NCBI GenBank assembly: GCA_019058245.1
Contig: JAHPZJ010000023.1
Coordinates: 1 to 64,000, forward strand
Length of the DNA stretch: 64,000 nucleotides
Direction of reading: 5' to 3'
Origin: Promethearchaeota archaeon
GTDB taxonomy: Archaea; Asgardarchaeota; Lokiarchaeia; Sigyniarchaeales; SOKP01
Shown here: positions 38,250 through 49,420 of the stretch, piece by piece
Position numbering within the stretch: the first letter of the stretch is position 1
Layout: the number at the start of each line of letters is the position of its first letter
The notes under the pieces: generated by a model
Seen by the model: only the letters and a program-made list of their open reading frames with translations
Databases searched by the model: none
What the model was told of the DNA's origin: nothing
Position numbers and translations under genes: made by a program

Positions 38250-40706
38250 ATGTTTGAAAAAAAAACCCTAATAATTATTATTTATACGATTATTAGTATA
38301 TGTCTTTTAATATCATCAATGTACTTCCTATCTTGGTTATATAGTTTAAAAGATCCTACATGGATGATTTCCTGGGGGTATGGAAATAGAGATAATTGGG
38401 GTCATGATATTACCGTAGATGCAAATGATAACCTATATGTTGTTGGTGATACAGAATCATATGGTGCTGGAGATGAAGATATTATAGTTCTTAAATTTGA
38501 TGATAAGGGAAATATTTTATGGTCTACAACATGGGGTGGTAATAAATTAGATAATGGTTATGCAATCATCTCAGATTCATTTGATAATTATTATATAACT
38601 GGAAGAACTCAGAGTTATGGACAAGGAAATGACGACATTATTCTATTAAAATACAATAAAGATGGTTTTTTGGTTTTTAATAAAACATGGGGAGGAACTA
38701 GAAGCGATATTGGGTATGATCTAATAATTGATCAGAATGAAAACATATATATCACGGGAGAAACTTGGAAAGCGGGAAATCTTTATGGAGATATCGTATT
38801 AATAAAATTTAATAGCACTGGTTCAGAAGTATGGAATGTAACTTGGGGTGGAGAATATACACAAGAAAGCTATGGAATAGCTCAGGATTCAAATGAGGAT
38901 ATCTATATTGTAGGATATTCTACTGGTTATTCGGAATTGGGAACAACTGAATTGGTAGTTCTAAAGTATAGTTCATCTGGTAATCTTATTTGGAATTTAA
39001 CTTGGTCTCCATATTTTGAAACATTTGGTAGAGATATCGTAATTGATTCAAATGATAATCTGTATATTGTTGGAAATATTCAACAATCAGGTAGTTTATC
39101 TCAAGAAGGGGTGGTATTAAAATTAACCAAAATGCGAGATATTTTATGGAATAAAACATTCTCAGGAGGAGTTTATGATATTAAAATTACTTCTGATCAA
39201 TCTATTTATTTACTAGGAGGAAAAAGTATGGGTTTTACTAGACGTTCTATTATCTTATATCAGATTGATAATAATGGAAATCAAAAAAATCAATACACAC
39301 ACTATGTAGAATATGGATATTATGCCTATGGCGAAAATATTATATTTGACTCCAAAAATAATTTCTATATTATTGGCTATTATCATACTTTAGATAATGG
39401 TAAGAATTCATTACTTTTTATTAAAAATCCAGCACCTTCTCTTAATTTACCATTGATTATTTCAATTTCAATTGGGATATTAATATTTTTACAAATGCAA
39501 TTTTCTTACTTTACATTTAGAAAGAATACAAGGATTTTTCTCACATTAGAGAAATTAGATGAATCCATAAGTGCCCCCCTCCCTCCTGAAATTAAGTCTA
39601 TGACATCTTCGAAGGAAATCTCGTTACTTGGAAAGAATTTGGAACATAGTTCCGACAATTTTCAAATTGTTTTCATAAGTGGCATAATACTCCCTATAAT
39701 TTTTGGTATCATGACTTTTCTTATTAGTTCATGGAGTATCACAGATATATCTTTAGAGATCTACTTATTTTTTCCACTTTTAATGTTCATATTTATAATT
39801 ATATCTTTGTATTTTCTAATAAGACCTTTGAGTATTAAAGAGAGATTTTTGGCAATTACCAACAGAGATGTATTTTATAAAAATTATAACAAACAAAATG
39901 TATTTGTTAAATCCCTAAGTATTAGTCAAATAAAAATAGTGATATTTAAAAAAAAACGATTTAAAAGGGATAAAGATTTGGGTTCAATTCTCTTTATTCC
40001 TAATGAAAAGGATAATGAAAGCTTAAAAATTTTAGTAGAAAAAGTTCCTCAATTTTCTTTAATTCAAAATAAAATCGAATCCATAATATATCATCATAAT
40101 GATATAGAAGGAAGACTAAATGAATTACAAACTAAGCTTAAAGTAATTATTCCACATGAATTGAGAATTTCCAAAGAACTGATAAGAGAATTAATAAGAT
40201 TTAGCTCTATATATTTGATTGGTGTGATTGTAGCAATTACATGTTATATCCTTTTTGGAATATTAACTTTAAATTTAATAGAGAATGAAATTGATTGGAT
40301 TGATTTGATTATAGAGTTTTTTCTAATCATAAGTATATTTTTATTTTTCTTTCTTATACAAATAATTATTAGAATTTTCTATAGTATAAAGTCGATTTTA
40401 CACCAGAATCGAAAATTAATAATTAGAGGAAATAATATTGAATGTTGCTCTAGTAAATATTCACTTGTTCTTCCTTTTGATCCGGCATTCTCTATAAATT
40501 TTTCTTGGACAAAAAAGCTTTATTCAAGAAAAGCAAATTGGTTTAATGCAACTCATTTTGTTATAGTTTCCCCAAGTATAAAAAAGAAAATTAGATTTGG
40601 TCCAGTTGATAATTTTCCTGAGTATCTTGAATTTTTATATTGTTATCACTTAACTTGGAAGGCTAAAAATAATTTTCTAATACCAGAGACAGATATTCTA
40701 AAATAA
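38250..40706 (+). CDS. SBBP-repeat beta-propeller membrane protein
   Basis: repeats of D..DN.Y..G.T...D....K...G...WN.TWGG followed by TM segments. Confidence 0.8.
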   Translation: MFEKKTLIIIIYTIISICLLISSMYFLSWLYSLKDPTWMISWGYGNRDNWGHDITVDANDNLYVVGDTESYGAGDEDIIVLKFDDKGNILWSTTWGGNKLDNGYAIISDSFDNYYITGRTQSYGQGNDDIILLKYNKDGFLVFNKTWGGTRSDIGYDLIIDQNENIYITGETWKAGNLYGDIVLIKFNSTGSEVWNVTWGGEYTQESYGIAQDSNEDIYIVGYSTGYSELGTTELVVLKYSSSGNLIWNLTWSPYFETFGRDIVIDSNDNLYIVGNIQQSGSLSQEGVVLKLTKMRDILWNKTFSGGVYDIKITSDQSIYLLGGKSMGFTRRSIILYQIDNNGNQKNQYTHYVEYGYYAYGENIIFDSKNNFYIIGYYHTLDNGKNSLLFIKNPAPSLNLPLIISISIGILIFLQMQFSYFTFRKNTRIFLTLEKLDESISAPLPPEIKSMTSSKEISLLGKNLEHSSDNFQIVFISGIILPIIFGIMTFLISSWSITDISLEIYLFFPLLMFIFIIISLYFLIRPLSIKERFLAITNRDVFYKNYNKQNVFVKSLSISQIKIVIFKKKRFKRDKDLGSILFIPNEKDNESLKILVEKVPQFSLIQNKIESIIYHHNDIEGRLNELQTKLKVIIPHELRISKELIRELIRFSSIYLIGVIVAITCYILFGILTLNLIENEIDWIDLIIEFFLIISIFLFFFLIQIIIRIFYSIKSILHQNRKLIIRGNNIECCSSKYSLVLPFDPAFSINFSWTKKLYSRKANWFNATHFVIVSPSIKKKIRFGPVDNFPEYLEFLYCYHLTWKAKNNFLIPETDILK

Positions 40707-40781
40707 AAAGTGGTTGCTGGGTAATGCTATCGTTTGGGCTGATGGTTTTTTTTAGTCTACTTTTATCTAAGAAAACTAATA

Positions 40782-41279
40782 TTACTTTTTTTCCCTTTCT
40801 TTCCCAATCAAATCCACAAAAGAACTGGATTCTTTAATGGTGTTTAATACAAAATGAGTATTTGTACGCTCTACATTTGGAGATTTATGAATTTGCTTTA
40901 TCATTTTACTTAATTCCTCTCGCGTTTTAAACTTTGCTAATATAAGAGCATCATAAGTTCCTGTGATATCGTAAACAGCAAAAACATTAGGATTGTTAGC
41001 AATTTCTTCTTCAACTTCGAACATTTTTCCTTTGGAAATGGTTACTTCAATAATTGCTACAACTTCATATCCTAATCGCTCAAAATTAATCTTGGCACCA
41101 TAATCTACTATAATACCATTAGTCTCTAGATTTTCAAGGTGATTTTTAATAGTAACTGGGGATTTATTGCCTAAAGCTTTAGCAATTTGTCGAAGAGAGA
41201 ATCGACCATCTGTACTTAGTTTTTTCAGGATCTCAATATCTAAGTCAGATAAATCATAAGTACTCATTCGTTCAGTCAT
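40782..41279 (-). CDS. Lrp/AsnC transcriptional regulator (paralog 1)
   Basis: DIEILKKLSTDGR HTH, VYDITGTYD; start ATG 41279 follows TATA at ~41302-09. Confidence 0.92.
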   Translation of the reverse strand: MTERMSTYDLSDLDIEILKKLSTDGRFSLRQIAKALGNKSPVTIKNHLENLETNGIIVDYGAKINFERLGYEVVAIIEVTISKGKMFEVEEEIANNPNVFAVYDITGTYDALILAKFKTREELSKMIKQIHKSPNVERTNTHFVLNTIKESSSFVDLIGKEREKK

Positions 41280-41471
41280 ATTATTAGTAAGATAATTAAT
41301 TAATATAAAATTATTCATTTGTCCATTAAATATAAGAAAAAAGACCCATATGATCATGTTATTGTCTTTATCTTACAAGTCCTTCAATAATGATTTTATT
41401 ATAATGATTTAAATTTTCTAGATTCTTGATTTCTATTATCATTTAATTTGTTATATAAGAGAGTATTTTTT

Positions 41472-42174
41472 ATGAAAAATGTATCATATATTAGATTTAA
41501 CGAGGCGGATATACTTCAAAAAGCAAGCAACGAAAAGTGGATTGGAAATGGAACTTCAGAAAAGCCTTTTATAATCGAATCTAGCACAGCGTATTACTAT
41601 ATCCCTCCATACTTAAAAATATCTCTCTATACATTGTAATAAAAAACTGCACATTCGATAAGATCTTTTTATCTAAATGTAAAAATTTCAGGTTTGAGGA
41701 TGTTCTTTTAACTATTTAGAGTTATCTAAATGTTCGGAAATTGAAATTAATAATTGTTCCTTTGAAGACAGATTAAAACTTCATAAAATTGCTAATGTGT
41801 CTATTCAAGATTCTCTTATACCATCTCTTTTTCTTTTTGTATGTTATGAAAATCATTTTAATAAATGTACAATTACTGAAATCCGTAATAAATTTAGTAG
41901 AGCTAATAAATTTTAAAATAATTCTACTCATGTTGATTTATATAATATTTTAAGTGATAATTTGATATCTATTCTTCTTAAAAATTTAGGATTTGTTGGG
42001 CTAGGAATCATTTTCTTACTAGGTCTAATATTTTTATATTATACTTATTCCGATAGTTTTCCCCATATGAAGACTCTTTTTTTTAGACTTAGTATTATTT
42101 TTTTTGTAATCCCTATTATTAATTACCAAGCTTATAATAAAACGAAAAATTATCCAGATAATCAAATTAGTTAA
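41472..42174 (+). pseudogene. beta-helix-repeat membrane-anchored protein pseudogene
   Basis: Paralog of 42321-42965 (GNGTS..PFIIE, LSKCKNFRFE, FSRANKF, PDNQI) with two frameshifts (~41600, ~41700) and TAA at 41914. Confidence 0.8.
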
Positions 42175-42264
42175 AAAAGATTAGGATAATTTAAATATAT
42201 AAATAATTAAACCTCTGTGGCTCTCAAATTTAAATATTAATAAACTTATATAATACATGAAATC

Positions 42265-42965
42265 ATGAACCAAATGAATAATGAATTTGTCTTATACAAA
42301 GGGGCAAAGATCGAAGTGAAAAATGGAGTGGAAATGGAACTTCCGTAGATCCCTTTATCATTGAAACTACTCATTCATTCTCAGATGATTCTGTTATCAG
42401 AAACACATATTTACACATATTGGTAAGGAATTGTGAGTTTGGTTTATTATCTTTAAAAAAATGTAAAAATTTCAGATTTGAGAGTTGTACATTTGAGGTT
42501 TTAGGATTATCTAAATGCTCGGAAATGAATGTTAAGAACTGTTCTTTCAATCATTCAATAGAGATTCGATATGGTCAAAATATACATATTCAGAACTCTC
42601 ATATACCATTTCTTATCTTTTCCATGAGTTATGGAAACTATTTTAAAAACTGTACAATTAACAAAATTTTTAATTACTTCAGTAGAGCAAATAAATTTGA
42701 AAACATTAATTCACCTGGTAATTTTAGTATTATTTTAAGAGAAAGTTTGAAAAAATATTATCTAAAATGCCTAGGACTTATTATAGTAGGAGTTATTTCT
42801 CTATTATCTGCCATTATAATTTTTTCTAATAATTATGCGGATTCAGTTGATTGGTTATTAGTAGGAGGTCTAAGCTTAATGACTATTATCACTTTTACAA
42901 TAACTATCGCTCTTTACCTTGATTCTAGAAAAATGAATCATCTTTCAGATAATCAAGTTATTTAA
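42265..42965 (+). pseudogene. out-of-frame chimera: LRR-gene 5' end fused to a beta-helix gene
   Basis: 42265-42329 matches the LRR N-terminus (EFVLYKG.KIEV.NGV); 42321-42965 encodes KWSGNGTSVDPFIIE... in another frame. Confidence 0.7.
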
Positions 42966-43051
42966 ATAAGATTAGTTATTTTTCAAAAAATATAAAGAAT
43001 TAAATCTTCTTAACTCTTAAATATAAGTATGAAAAAAACTTTCACGAAATT

Positions 43052-43774
43052 ATGAATAATAGTAAAGTAGAGTTTGTTTTATACAAAGGAAATAAGATCG
43101 AAGTAAGAAATGGAGTATTAGAACTCCCATATGATATTGAATTTGAAACCTTCGATGAAATTGAAGGGCTTGAAAAAATGACCTCCTTGAAGAAATTGAA
43201 ATGCAAATCATTTTACCTTAAAAAAATAGATAACCTTGAACACCTCCAAAGTCTAGAGTCTTTAATTCTTAAAGAAAGCCCTTGGCTCACTAAAATTGAA
43301 AATCTTGGCACCCTTACTAATTTAAAACTCCTCAATCTTACTGATAGTCATATTGCTGAAATCGAAAATTTAGAAAACCTTAGAAATTTGGAAGTCTTGA
43401 TTCTAAGAAAATCATTTTTTAATAATACCTACGAAAATTATATTACAGAAATTAAAGGCCTTGAAAATTTAATTAACTTAAAAAACCTCGACCTGTTTGG
43501 TAATAAAATCAAAATAATTAAAGGCCTCAATGCTCTAATCAATCTTAAAATTTTATGTCTTACCTGTAATCAAATTACGGAAATTAAAGGGCTCGAAAAT
43601 TTAATCAATCTAGAACAATTATATCTTGAACATAATAAAATTACTAAAATAAAAGGACTTGAGAACTTTGGCAATTTAAAGGTATTAAGAATCCAAGATA
43701 ACGGTCCTTTTGATGAAGACTCTATTAGTCGCTTAAAAGATATGAAAAATTCAGGGATTGACGTCTGGTATTGA
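43052..43774 (+). CDS. leucine-rich repeat protein (SDS22-like)
   Basis: repeated LxxLxLxxNxIxxIxGLENL. Confidence 0.92.
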   Translation: MNNSKVEFVLYKGNKIEVRNGVLELPYDIEFETFDEIEGLEKMTSLKKLKCKSFYLKKIDNLEHLQSLESLILKESPWLTKIENLGTLTNLKLLNLTDSHIAEIENLENLRNLEVLILRKSFFNNTYENYITEIKGLENLINLKNLDLFGNKIKIIKGLNALINLKILCLTCNQITEIKGLENLINLEQLYLEHNKITKIKGLENFGNLKVLRIQDNGPFDEDSISRLKDMKNSGIDVWY

Positions 43775-44097
43775 GAATATTTTTACTACTCAAGTTAGCG
43801 AATATCCGTTTTTAAAAGTATGAGTTATTAATTGATCTTTTAATGTATCCTACTTCTGTTAAAAATTTTAGAATTTTTATATTAATTTATGCAGGTGTTC
43901 ATTATGAAATAAATATATTGACCCATGTGATCATTTTATATCTCGACAAAAATCATAGGTTAAATCAATTGATCACTTTCTAAGTATAATATATATCAAG
44001 CACTAATATTTGTTTCCAATTATGTAAGCAAATAAGGTAAAAAATGTGAAGGTTTATATATATGTGATCACAATTATATTTATAGAACAAAAAATGA

Positions 44098-44111
44098 GGG
44101 AATTAATTCCC
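44098..44111. promoter_or_regulatory. GGGA-N6-TCCC operator, copy 4
   Basis: AGGGA ATTAAT TCCCT between TATA (44053-60) and ATG 44146. Confidence 0.65.
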
Positions 44112-44145
44112 TTTAAATAATAAAAAATTTGAAAAATGGTTAAAA

Positions 44146-44499
44146 ATGTCATTAAAATGCCCTGTTTGTGGAACGGAATATTATCATGACCGAAAAATAT
44201 GTCAAGTATGTGAAGATAAATCAATCTATAGTGGTTTAATATGTACTGATGAAAATAAACCTCAAAAGTGGAATTGCGATATCTTCTTAGAATGTGATAC
44301 ATTAGCATTTGGAAGATATAAACCAAATAATGCTTATGTTCAAATCGCCAGTGAACCGAAATTTTCAGACTTTAATACAAAAAATGCATACAACTGGAAT
44401 TGTGTTTCAATAAATAAAATTGAAAGTATAGAAGCACCATTAATAACATTTCCAACGATTCCTAAAAGAGATGTAAATACTTCACTGGTTTATGAATGA
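44146..44499 (+). CDS. Zn-ribbon protein with two WNC motifs
   Basis: CPVC...CQVC, KWNC, NWNC. Confidence 0.7.
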   Translation: MSLKCPVCGTEYYHDRKICQVCEDKSIYSGLICTDENKPQKWNCDIFLECDTLAFGRYKPNNAYVQIASEPKFSDFNTKNAYNWNCVSINKIESIEAPLITFPTIPKRDVNTSLVYE

Positions 44500-44897
44500 A
44501 AACTTGAAGATTATGTTTCGTATAATCTTAACCAAATTTCAAATCAAATAATTTTATTAGAGTTTTTTGATAATTTTTTTCTGTATTGATTTTCTGTAAG
44601 AGGAGTACCACTATCAATTAATCCATTATTTTTACAATATATTAATTTCGAATATATTTCAAAACGTGCTTTTAACACTACCTATTGTTTAAATCTTGTT
44701 TTTAACTATTTTTACTTGGATAGAAGCTTCTTTGAAAATGCTACTTCGCTAGAATTTCAATTGATTTATTTCTTTTTTTATTTCTCTTTTAATTTTCTTT
44801 TGTTGAAAGCTGAATAAATTTTTTTCAATTAAAATACCATAAGAAGTTTTGAGAATCAATTTTAAAGTGGATTTTAAAATTTAAAATTTAATCTTAA

Positions 44898-45383
44898 TTA
44901 TTTCTGCTCGGATAATAGTTCCTCTGATTGTATCAATTGATTAAAATCAGTTCGTTCTTTAATTACATTGAGTACTAAATGAGTATTAGTTTTTACTATA
45001 TATTCCAAACTGTTTAAATTTTTTACAAAAGTATTCAAATCTTTACGAGATTTAAATCTTGTTAAAAGTACTGCATCATATTCTCCAGTTATGTCATATA
45101 CGCCAAAAATGTGTGGATCTTGGGATATTCCGCGCTCTATCTCAATCATCTTACCTTTAGAGATGGTTAATTCGATTAGTGCAATTATATCAAATCCCAG
45201 TTTTTCATAATCAATATTTAAACTATAATTTTTTATGATTTTAGCTTCTTCTAATTCATTAATATGTTTATTAATGGTGGTTGGAGATTTATTTAATCTG
45301 TCAGCGATGGGACGTAGCTTTAATCGTGAATCTTCATTTAAAATACCCAAAATTTCTAGGTCTAATTCCTCTGCTTTTTTCAT
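44898..45383 (-). CDS. Lrp/AsnC transcriptional regulator (paralog 2), divergent from glnA1
   Basis: HTH plus VYDITGEYD; shares TISKGKM and TNTH.VLN with paralog 1. Confidence 0.92.
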   Translation of the reverse strand: MKKAEELDLEILGILNEDSRLKLRPIADRLNKSPTTINKHINELEEAKIIKNYSLNIDYEKLGFDIIALIELTISKGKMIEIERGISQDPHIFGVYDITGEYDAVLLTRFKSRKDLNTFVKNLNSLEYIVKTNTHLVLNVIKERTDFNQLIQSEELLSEQK

Positions 45384-45438
45384 TTTTTATCTACCTATTA
45401 ATAATATTGTACGATCTTAAATATAAATTATTTCATTT

Positions 45439-45617
45439 TGTCCAATGAATTTGGAGATATATTATAATATTTCCAATTTAATTATTTATTGTTATTAAAA
45501 TTAGATCACTTGTCCAGAATTTATTTTAATATAATTGTATATGTCCAAAAATACTTAATATTATTGAACAGAGGCAAAGTTTTTATAATGATTATACAAT
45601 ATTTGATCATAATATAA
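45439..45617 (+). promoter_or_regulatory. glnA1 promoter with phased TGTCCA boxes
   Basis: TGTCCA 45439, 45511, 45542; TGAACA 45565; TATA 45581; TGATCA 45604. Confidence 0.75.
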
Positions 45618-45667
45618 CTTTTAAATAAAAATATAACTAGAAAAAAAAATATAATTTAAGAAATATT

Positions 45668-47170
45668 ATGACATCAACAAAAGTTAGTCTTCAAAGCGGT
45701 AAGATTAGTCCAGATTTAGAAACGATTAGTACCGCGAAAAAGATATTAGAACAAGAAAAGGTAAAATTTGTCCTATGTGCATTTACTGACGTTCGAGGAA
45801 TATTTCAGAGTTTTACTACTCCTGTACACCATTTTTTGAAAGGAGATCAATATTTTGAAACTGGAATTGGGTTCGATGGTTCTAGCATAAGAGGCTTTAG
45901 AGAGCTTCATACAAGTGATATGATTTTTTATCCAGATCCTCAAGCACTATATGTCCTCCCATGGACAGAAGGAATTCAAAAAACAGCGGTTATAATAGGT
46001 AGTATAAGAGAGCCTTTTGGGAGTATAGAAGCGGCAGATTGTGATCCTCGAGGTTATGTTGGTCAGCGAGCAGTAGATAAAGCTGCTAGTATGGGATATA
46101 CCCCATATTTTGGACCTGAAATTGAGTTTTTTGTGTTTAAATCGATTGATCCAAGTACCTTACACTATGATCTTTTTGTTAGTCCTAAAGGCGGTGCTGG
46201 CGACAGTTGGGGACCCCCTCGGGTTGATCCAGTATCACCAGAAACGGATATTGGAGGGTACATCTTACGACCTAAGGAAGCATATTTTAGAAATCCCCCA
46301 GAAGATACAACTTATGCTTATCGTAATGATCTCACATATGCTCTTGAAACAATGGGATATACCGTTGAGATGCATCACCATGAAGTTTCAACAAAAGGTC
46401 AAGTTGAACTTAATTACCGATATAGCGATTTAATTGATACAGCGGACAAAGTCCAAATATACAAACTCGCAGCAAGAAACATTGCTGCTAAATACGGATG
46501 GATCGCAACATTTATGCCGAAACCTATTTATTTAGATAACGCAAGTGGAATGCATGTCCATAATTCAATATTTAAGGACGGTGAGAACGCTTTTTGGGAT
46601 CCTGATGATGATTATGCGGAAATAAGTCAAATATGTCGGTATTATATTGGAGGTCTTTTAGAACATGCTGAAGCTCTAACAGCAATCTGTTGTCCAACTG
46701 TTAATTCATATAAGCGATTAGTACCTGGTTTTGAAGCACCAATAAACATTATGTATAGTAGAAGAAATAGATCGGCATTAATCCGTATACCAATGTATCT
46801 AAAAGGTGAAAAATATAAAAATCGTCGAAGACTAGAATATCGAGGGGTGGATCCTTCAACAAACTCTTATTTTGCATTTGCTGCTATTCTTACTGCAGGA
46901 TTGGATGGAATAAAGAAGAAAATCGATCCTGGTGATCCAGTAGATAGAGATGTTTATGAAATGTCAGAATCAGAGAAAAAAGCCGCAGGGGTAAAACAAT
47001 TACCAACTACTTTAAAAGATGCGCTAGATGTATTAGAGAGTGATTCAATATCTAAAGAAATTTTAGGTTCACATCTCTATGATGCTTTTGTAGAATACAA
47101 AACAAATGAATGGAATCAGTACTGTCTTTATGTAACTCCATGGGAGATTATGAAGTATCTAGATTACTAA
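45668..47170 (+). CDS. glnA: glutamine synthetase type I (with GSI-beta-like insertion)
   Basis: FDGSSI, GPEIEFF, HHHEV, FMPKP, SGMHVH, SYKRLVPGFEAP. Confidence 0.96.
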   Translation: MTSTKVSLQSGKISPDLETISTAKKILEQEKVKFVLCAFTDVRGIFQSFTTPVHHFLKGDQYFETGIGFDGSSIRGFRELHTSDMIFYPDPQALYVLPWTEGIQKTAVIIGSIREPFGSIEAADCDPRGYVGQRAVDKAASMGYTPYFGPEIEFFVFKSIDPSTLHYDLFVSPKGGAGDSWGPPRVDPVSPETDIGGYILRPKEAYFRNPPEDTTYAYRNDLTYALETMGYTVEMHHHEVSTKGQVELNYRYSDLIDTADKVQIYKLAARNIAAKYGWIATFMPKPIYLDNASGMHVHNSIFKDGENAFWDPDDDYAEISQICRYYIGGLLEHAEALTAICCPTVNSYKRLVPGFEAPINIMYSRRNRSALIRIPMYLKGEKYKNRRRLEYRGVDPSTNSYFAFAAILTAGLDGIKKKIDPGDPVDRDVYEMSESEKKAAGVKQLPTTLKDALDVLESDSISKEILGSHLYDAFVEYKTNEWNQYCLYVTPWEIMKYLDY

Positions 47171-47457
47171 TTATTTTTTTTTTTCAAAAATTTTAAGAAG
47201 AAAAATCTAAGAAATAATAAAAAAAATTATTATAACCATAGATGTATTGGTTGTTATATTATTACAATTTTCAAAAAATAGTTTTGAGCAATAATACCAT
47301 TATTAAATCAAATTTTAGAATAGTAAATTATCGAAATATATCGTTATGAGTCTAATGTAGGAGATATATTAATCAAAAAGTGATTAATTAATTTTCCAAC
47401 TCAGAAAATTTATCCAAGGATATAAATAAATTAAAAAAAGAAAAATGTGAAAAGAAT

Positions 47458-48417
47458 ATGGTATATAGTAGAAGTTTTGAGAGAAGTATAATTAAACTTG
47501 GTAATTCTATGGCAATAACATTTCCTCAGGAATGGTTCCAAAACTCAGATTTACAGGAACATTCAAAAGTATTTGTTCTCCCCGTTGATGATGATACCTT
47601 AATTATTCAAAGAAATAATTATATAGATTCTGACTCAATTTTGCACATAGATTTAAATAAATGGCCTTCAGATCTATCAGAGCAATTAATTTTAACTGCT
47701 TTCAAACTGAATGTAGATCAATTATATGTGAAGTATGATCTCAAGAAAAACAAACAAGATTATTTAGTTATGATTAACAAGCTTCAAAGAAAAATAATAG
47801 GCTTTGATTATAGTGTATTAAATGATAATAGTGGTATAATTATTCGATTTTTATTAGATTCTACAAAAACCACCTTACCTGAAATTTTGATTGAATTGTT
47901 TAATACTCTGAAAGAATTTATTATAGGGGTGCTTGATAAATCATTGGTAATTGATCAAGGTATTTATCAAGAAAAATTTGCGCGAAAATATCATCTAGGA
48001 ATACGATTATTGCTTGCAACTCTTTTAAAATATCCTAAATTAGAAGGTGCTATTAATAGACCAATTATTCGTACACTTGGAGATAGAATTACATTGTTAT
48101 ATTCTAGAGAATTAATGAATCATGTTCTTGCAATAAAAAATCTACCAAAAGAAATGTTGGAAAAATATTCACAAATTCTAATTGATTTCTCTGATCTAAT
48201 CTTGAGTATCATTGAAAAATATAATAATAATATTAAGGAGGAGCTTTTAATATCTTTTCAAAAAAAAATAGATAAATTAAAAAAATCACTTGATACCATT
48301 GATCTTGACATAAAACAAGAGGAAAATATGATTAGAAATGTTATATCAAGATTCTTCAGTATTTGTACAGATTTAATAGAAATATCAATTACAAGAATAT
48401 TAGAAGCGAAATTGTAA
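47458..48417 (+). CDS. AbrB-domain PhoU-like regulator
   Basis: RSIIKLGNSMAITFPQEW N-terminal AbrB motif plus helical bundle. Confidence 0.75.
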   Translation: MVYSRSFERSIIKLGNSMAITFPQEWFQNSDLQEHSKVFVLPVDDDTLIIQRNNYIDSDSILHIDLNKWPSDLSEQLILTAFKLNVDQLYVKYDLKKNKQDYLVMINKLQRKIIGFDYSVLNDNSGIIIRFLLDSTKTTLPEILIELFNTLKEFIIGVLDKSLVIDQGIYQEKFARKYHLGIRLLLATLLKYPKLEGAINRPIIRTLGDRITLLYSRELMNHVLAIKNLPKEMLEKYSQILIDFSDLILSIIEKYNNNIKEELLISFQKKIDKLKKSLDTIDLDIKQEENMIRNVISRFFSICTDLIEISITRILEAKL

Positions 48418-48423
48418 TAAAAA

Positions 48424-49011
48424 ATGAATGAATTAGAAAATAGTCACAAAATAAAAAATAGGATAACTATTGCAATAGATGAAGATACAAAACTAATATT
48501 AAATAAGCTAAATAATCACTCGGAAAGTTCTCGATCTGAAACAATAAGAAAAGCAATTAAATTTTATCATAAATTTAAGAAAGTGTTTGATAAAAAAGAA
48601 AATGGAGTATCTGCTAAGGTGAACACTTACTTAGAATTACTCTCTCATGGAGAACACATTATTTTAGATGTAGATCATTATTTAAGTTTCTTAAAGTTCA
48701 TAGAAAATTCACCTGAAAGAGAAAAATTTGAGGACATAAATAAATCAATAGGAAGAGCTCATGCGGAAGAATTTTCTCAGGATCTTGATATTACAACTGT
48801 ACAGAAAGTGGTGGAACGTCTTGAAGCATGTAATTTCTTTAAAATTGTTAAAGATTCATCAAATAGATACACATTATTATTGGGTTCTGATATTCAAAAA
48901 AACTTCATTAAAACTTTTCTTGAAGAAGTGTTAAGAGGTATGGGTTTCAATGTTCAAGTAAAAGAAGGCTTCTCAAAACTTAAAATTAGTTTGGATAATA
49001 TGTCTTATTAA
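48424..49011 (+). CDS. ribbon-helix-helix (CopG) regulator with V4R-like C-terminal domain
   Basis: RITIAID...SRSETIRKAI; GEHIILDVDH. Confidence 0.8.
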   Translation: MNELENSHKIKNRITIAIDEDTKLILNKLNNHSESSRSETIRKAIKFYHKFKKVFDKKENGVSAKVNTYLELLSHGEHIILDVDHYLSFLKFIENSPEREKFEDINKSIGRAHAEEFSQDLDITTVQKVVERLEACNFFKIVKDSSNRYTLLLGSDIQKNFIKTFLEEVLRGMGFNVQVKEGFSKLKISLDNMSY

Positions 49012-49060
49012 AATAATTTTAAAAAAAAATTAAAAAAAAGACTAAAAAATTAATTTGTAT

Positions 49061-49402
49061 CTATAAAATATCTTCACCTTTCTCTTTTGTCCTGATTCTT
49101 ATTGCATTTTCAATGGGAATTATAAATATTTTTCCATCGCCAGGTTTGCCTGTTTGAGCATTTTCTATAATGGTATTAATAATTTCATCGATATTTATTT
49201 TATCGCTAATAACTATCTCCAGTTTCAATTTATCAATCCATTCGACACAATATTCCCCAGTTCTCCCCACAAACTTTATTCCCCTTTGACTGCCATGTCC
49301 TTTGACTTCATTTACGCTCATTCCTTTAATTCCTTTATCAAATAATCCAGATTTTACAGCTTCTAATTTTTCTGGTCGTATAAAACATTCAATTTTTTTC
49401 AT
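49061..49402 (-). CDS. glnK: nitrogen regulatory protein P-II
   Basis: MKKIECFIRPEKL, TGKPGDGKIF, IRIRT. Confidence 0.96.
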   Translation of the reverse strand: MKKIECFIRPEKLEAVKSGLFDKGIKGMSVNEVKGHGSQRGIKFVGRTGEYCVEWIDKLKLEIVISDKINIDEIINTIIENAQTGKPGDGKIFIIPIENAIRIRTKEKGEDIL

Positions 49403-49420
49403 TTTTATTTTATACCTCCT

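Noticed and set aside
41580-41920. Introns explaining the breaks in the beta-helix gene
   Set aside because: Multiple small indels plus a nonsense TAA and no BHB structure: ordinary pseudogene decay
44560-44830. Possible minus-strand gene remnant (...YCKNNGLIDSGTPLTENQYRKKII)
   Set aside because: Fragmented by stops and frameshifts with no recognisable family; too weak to call
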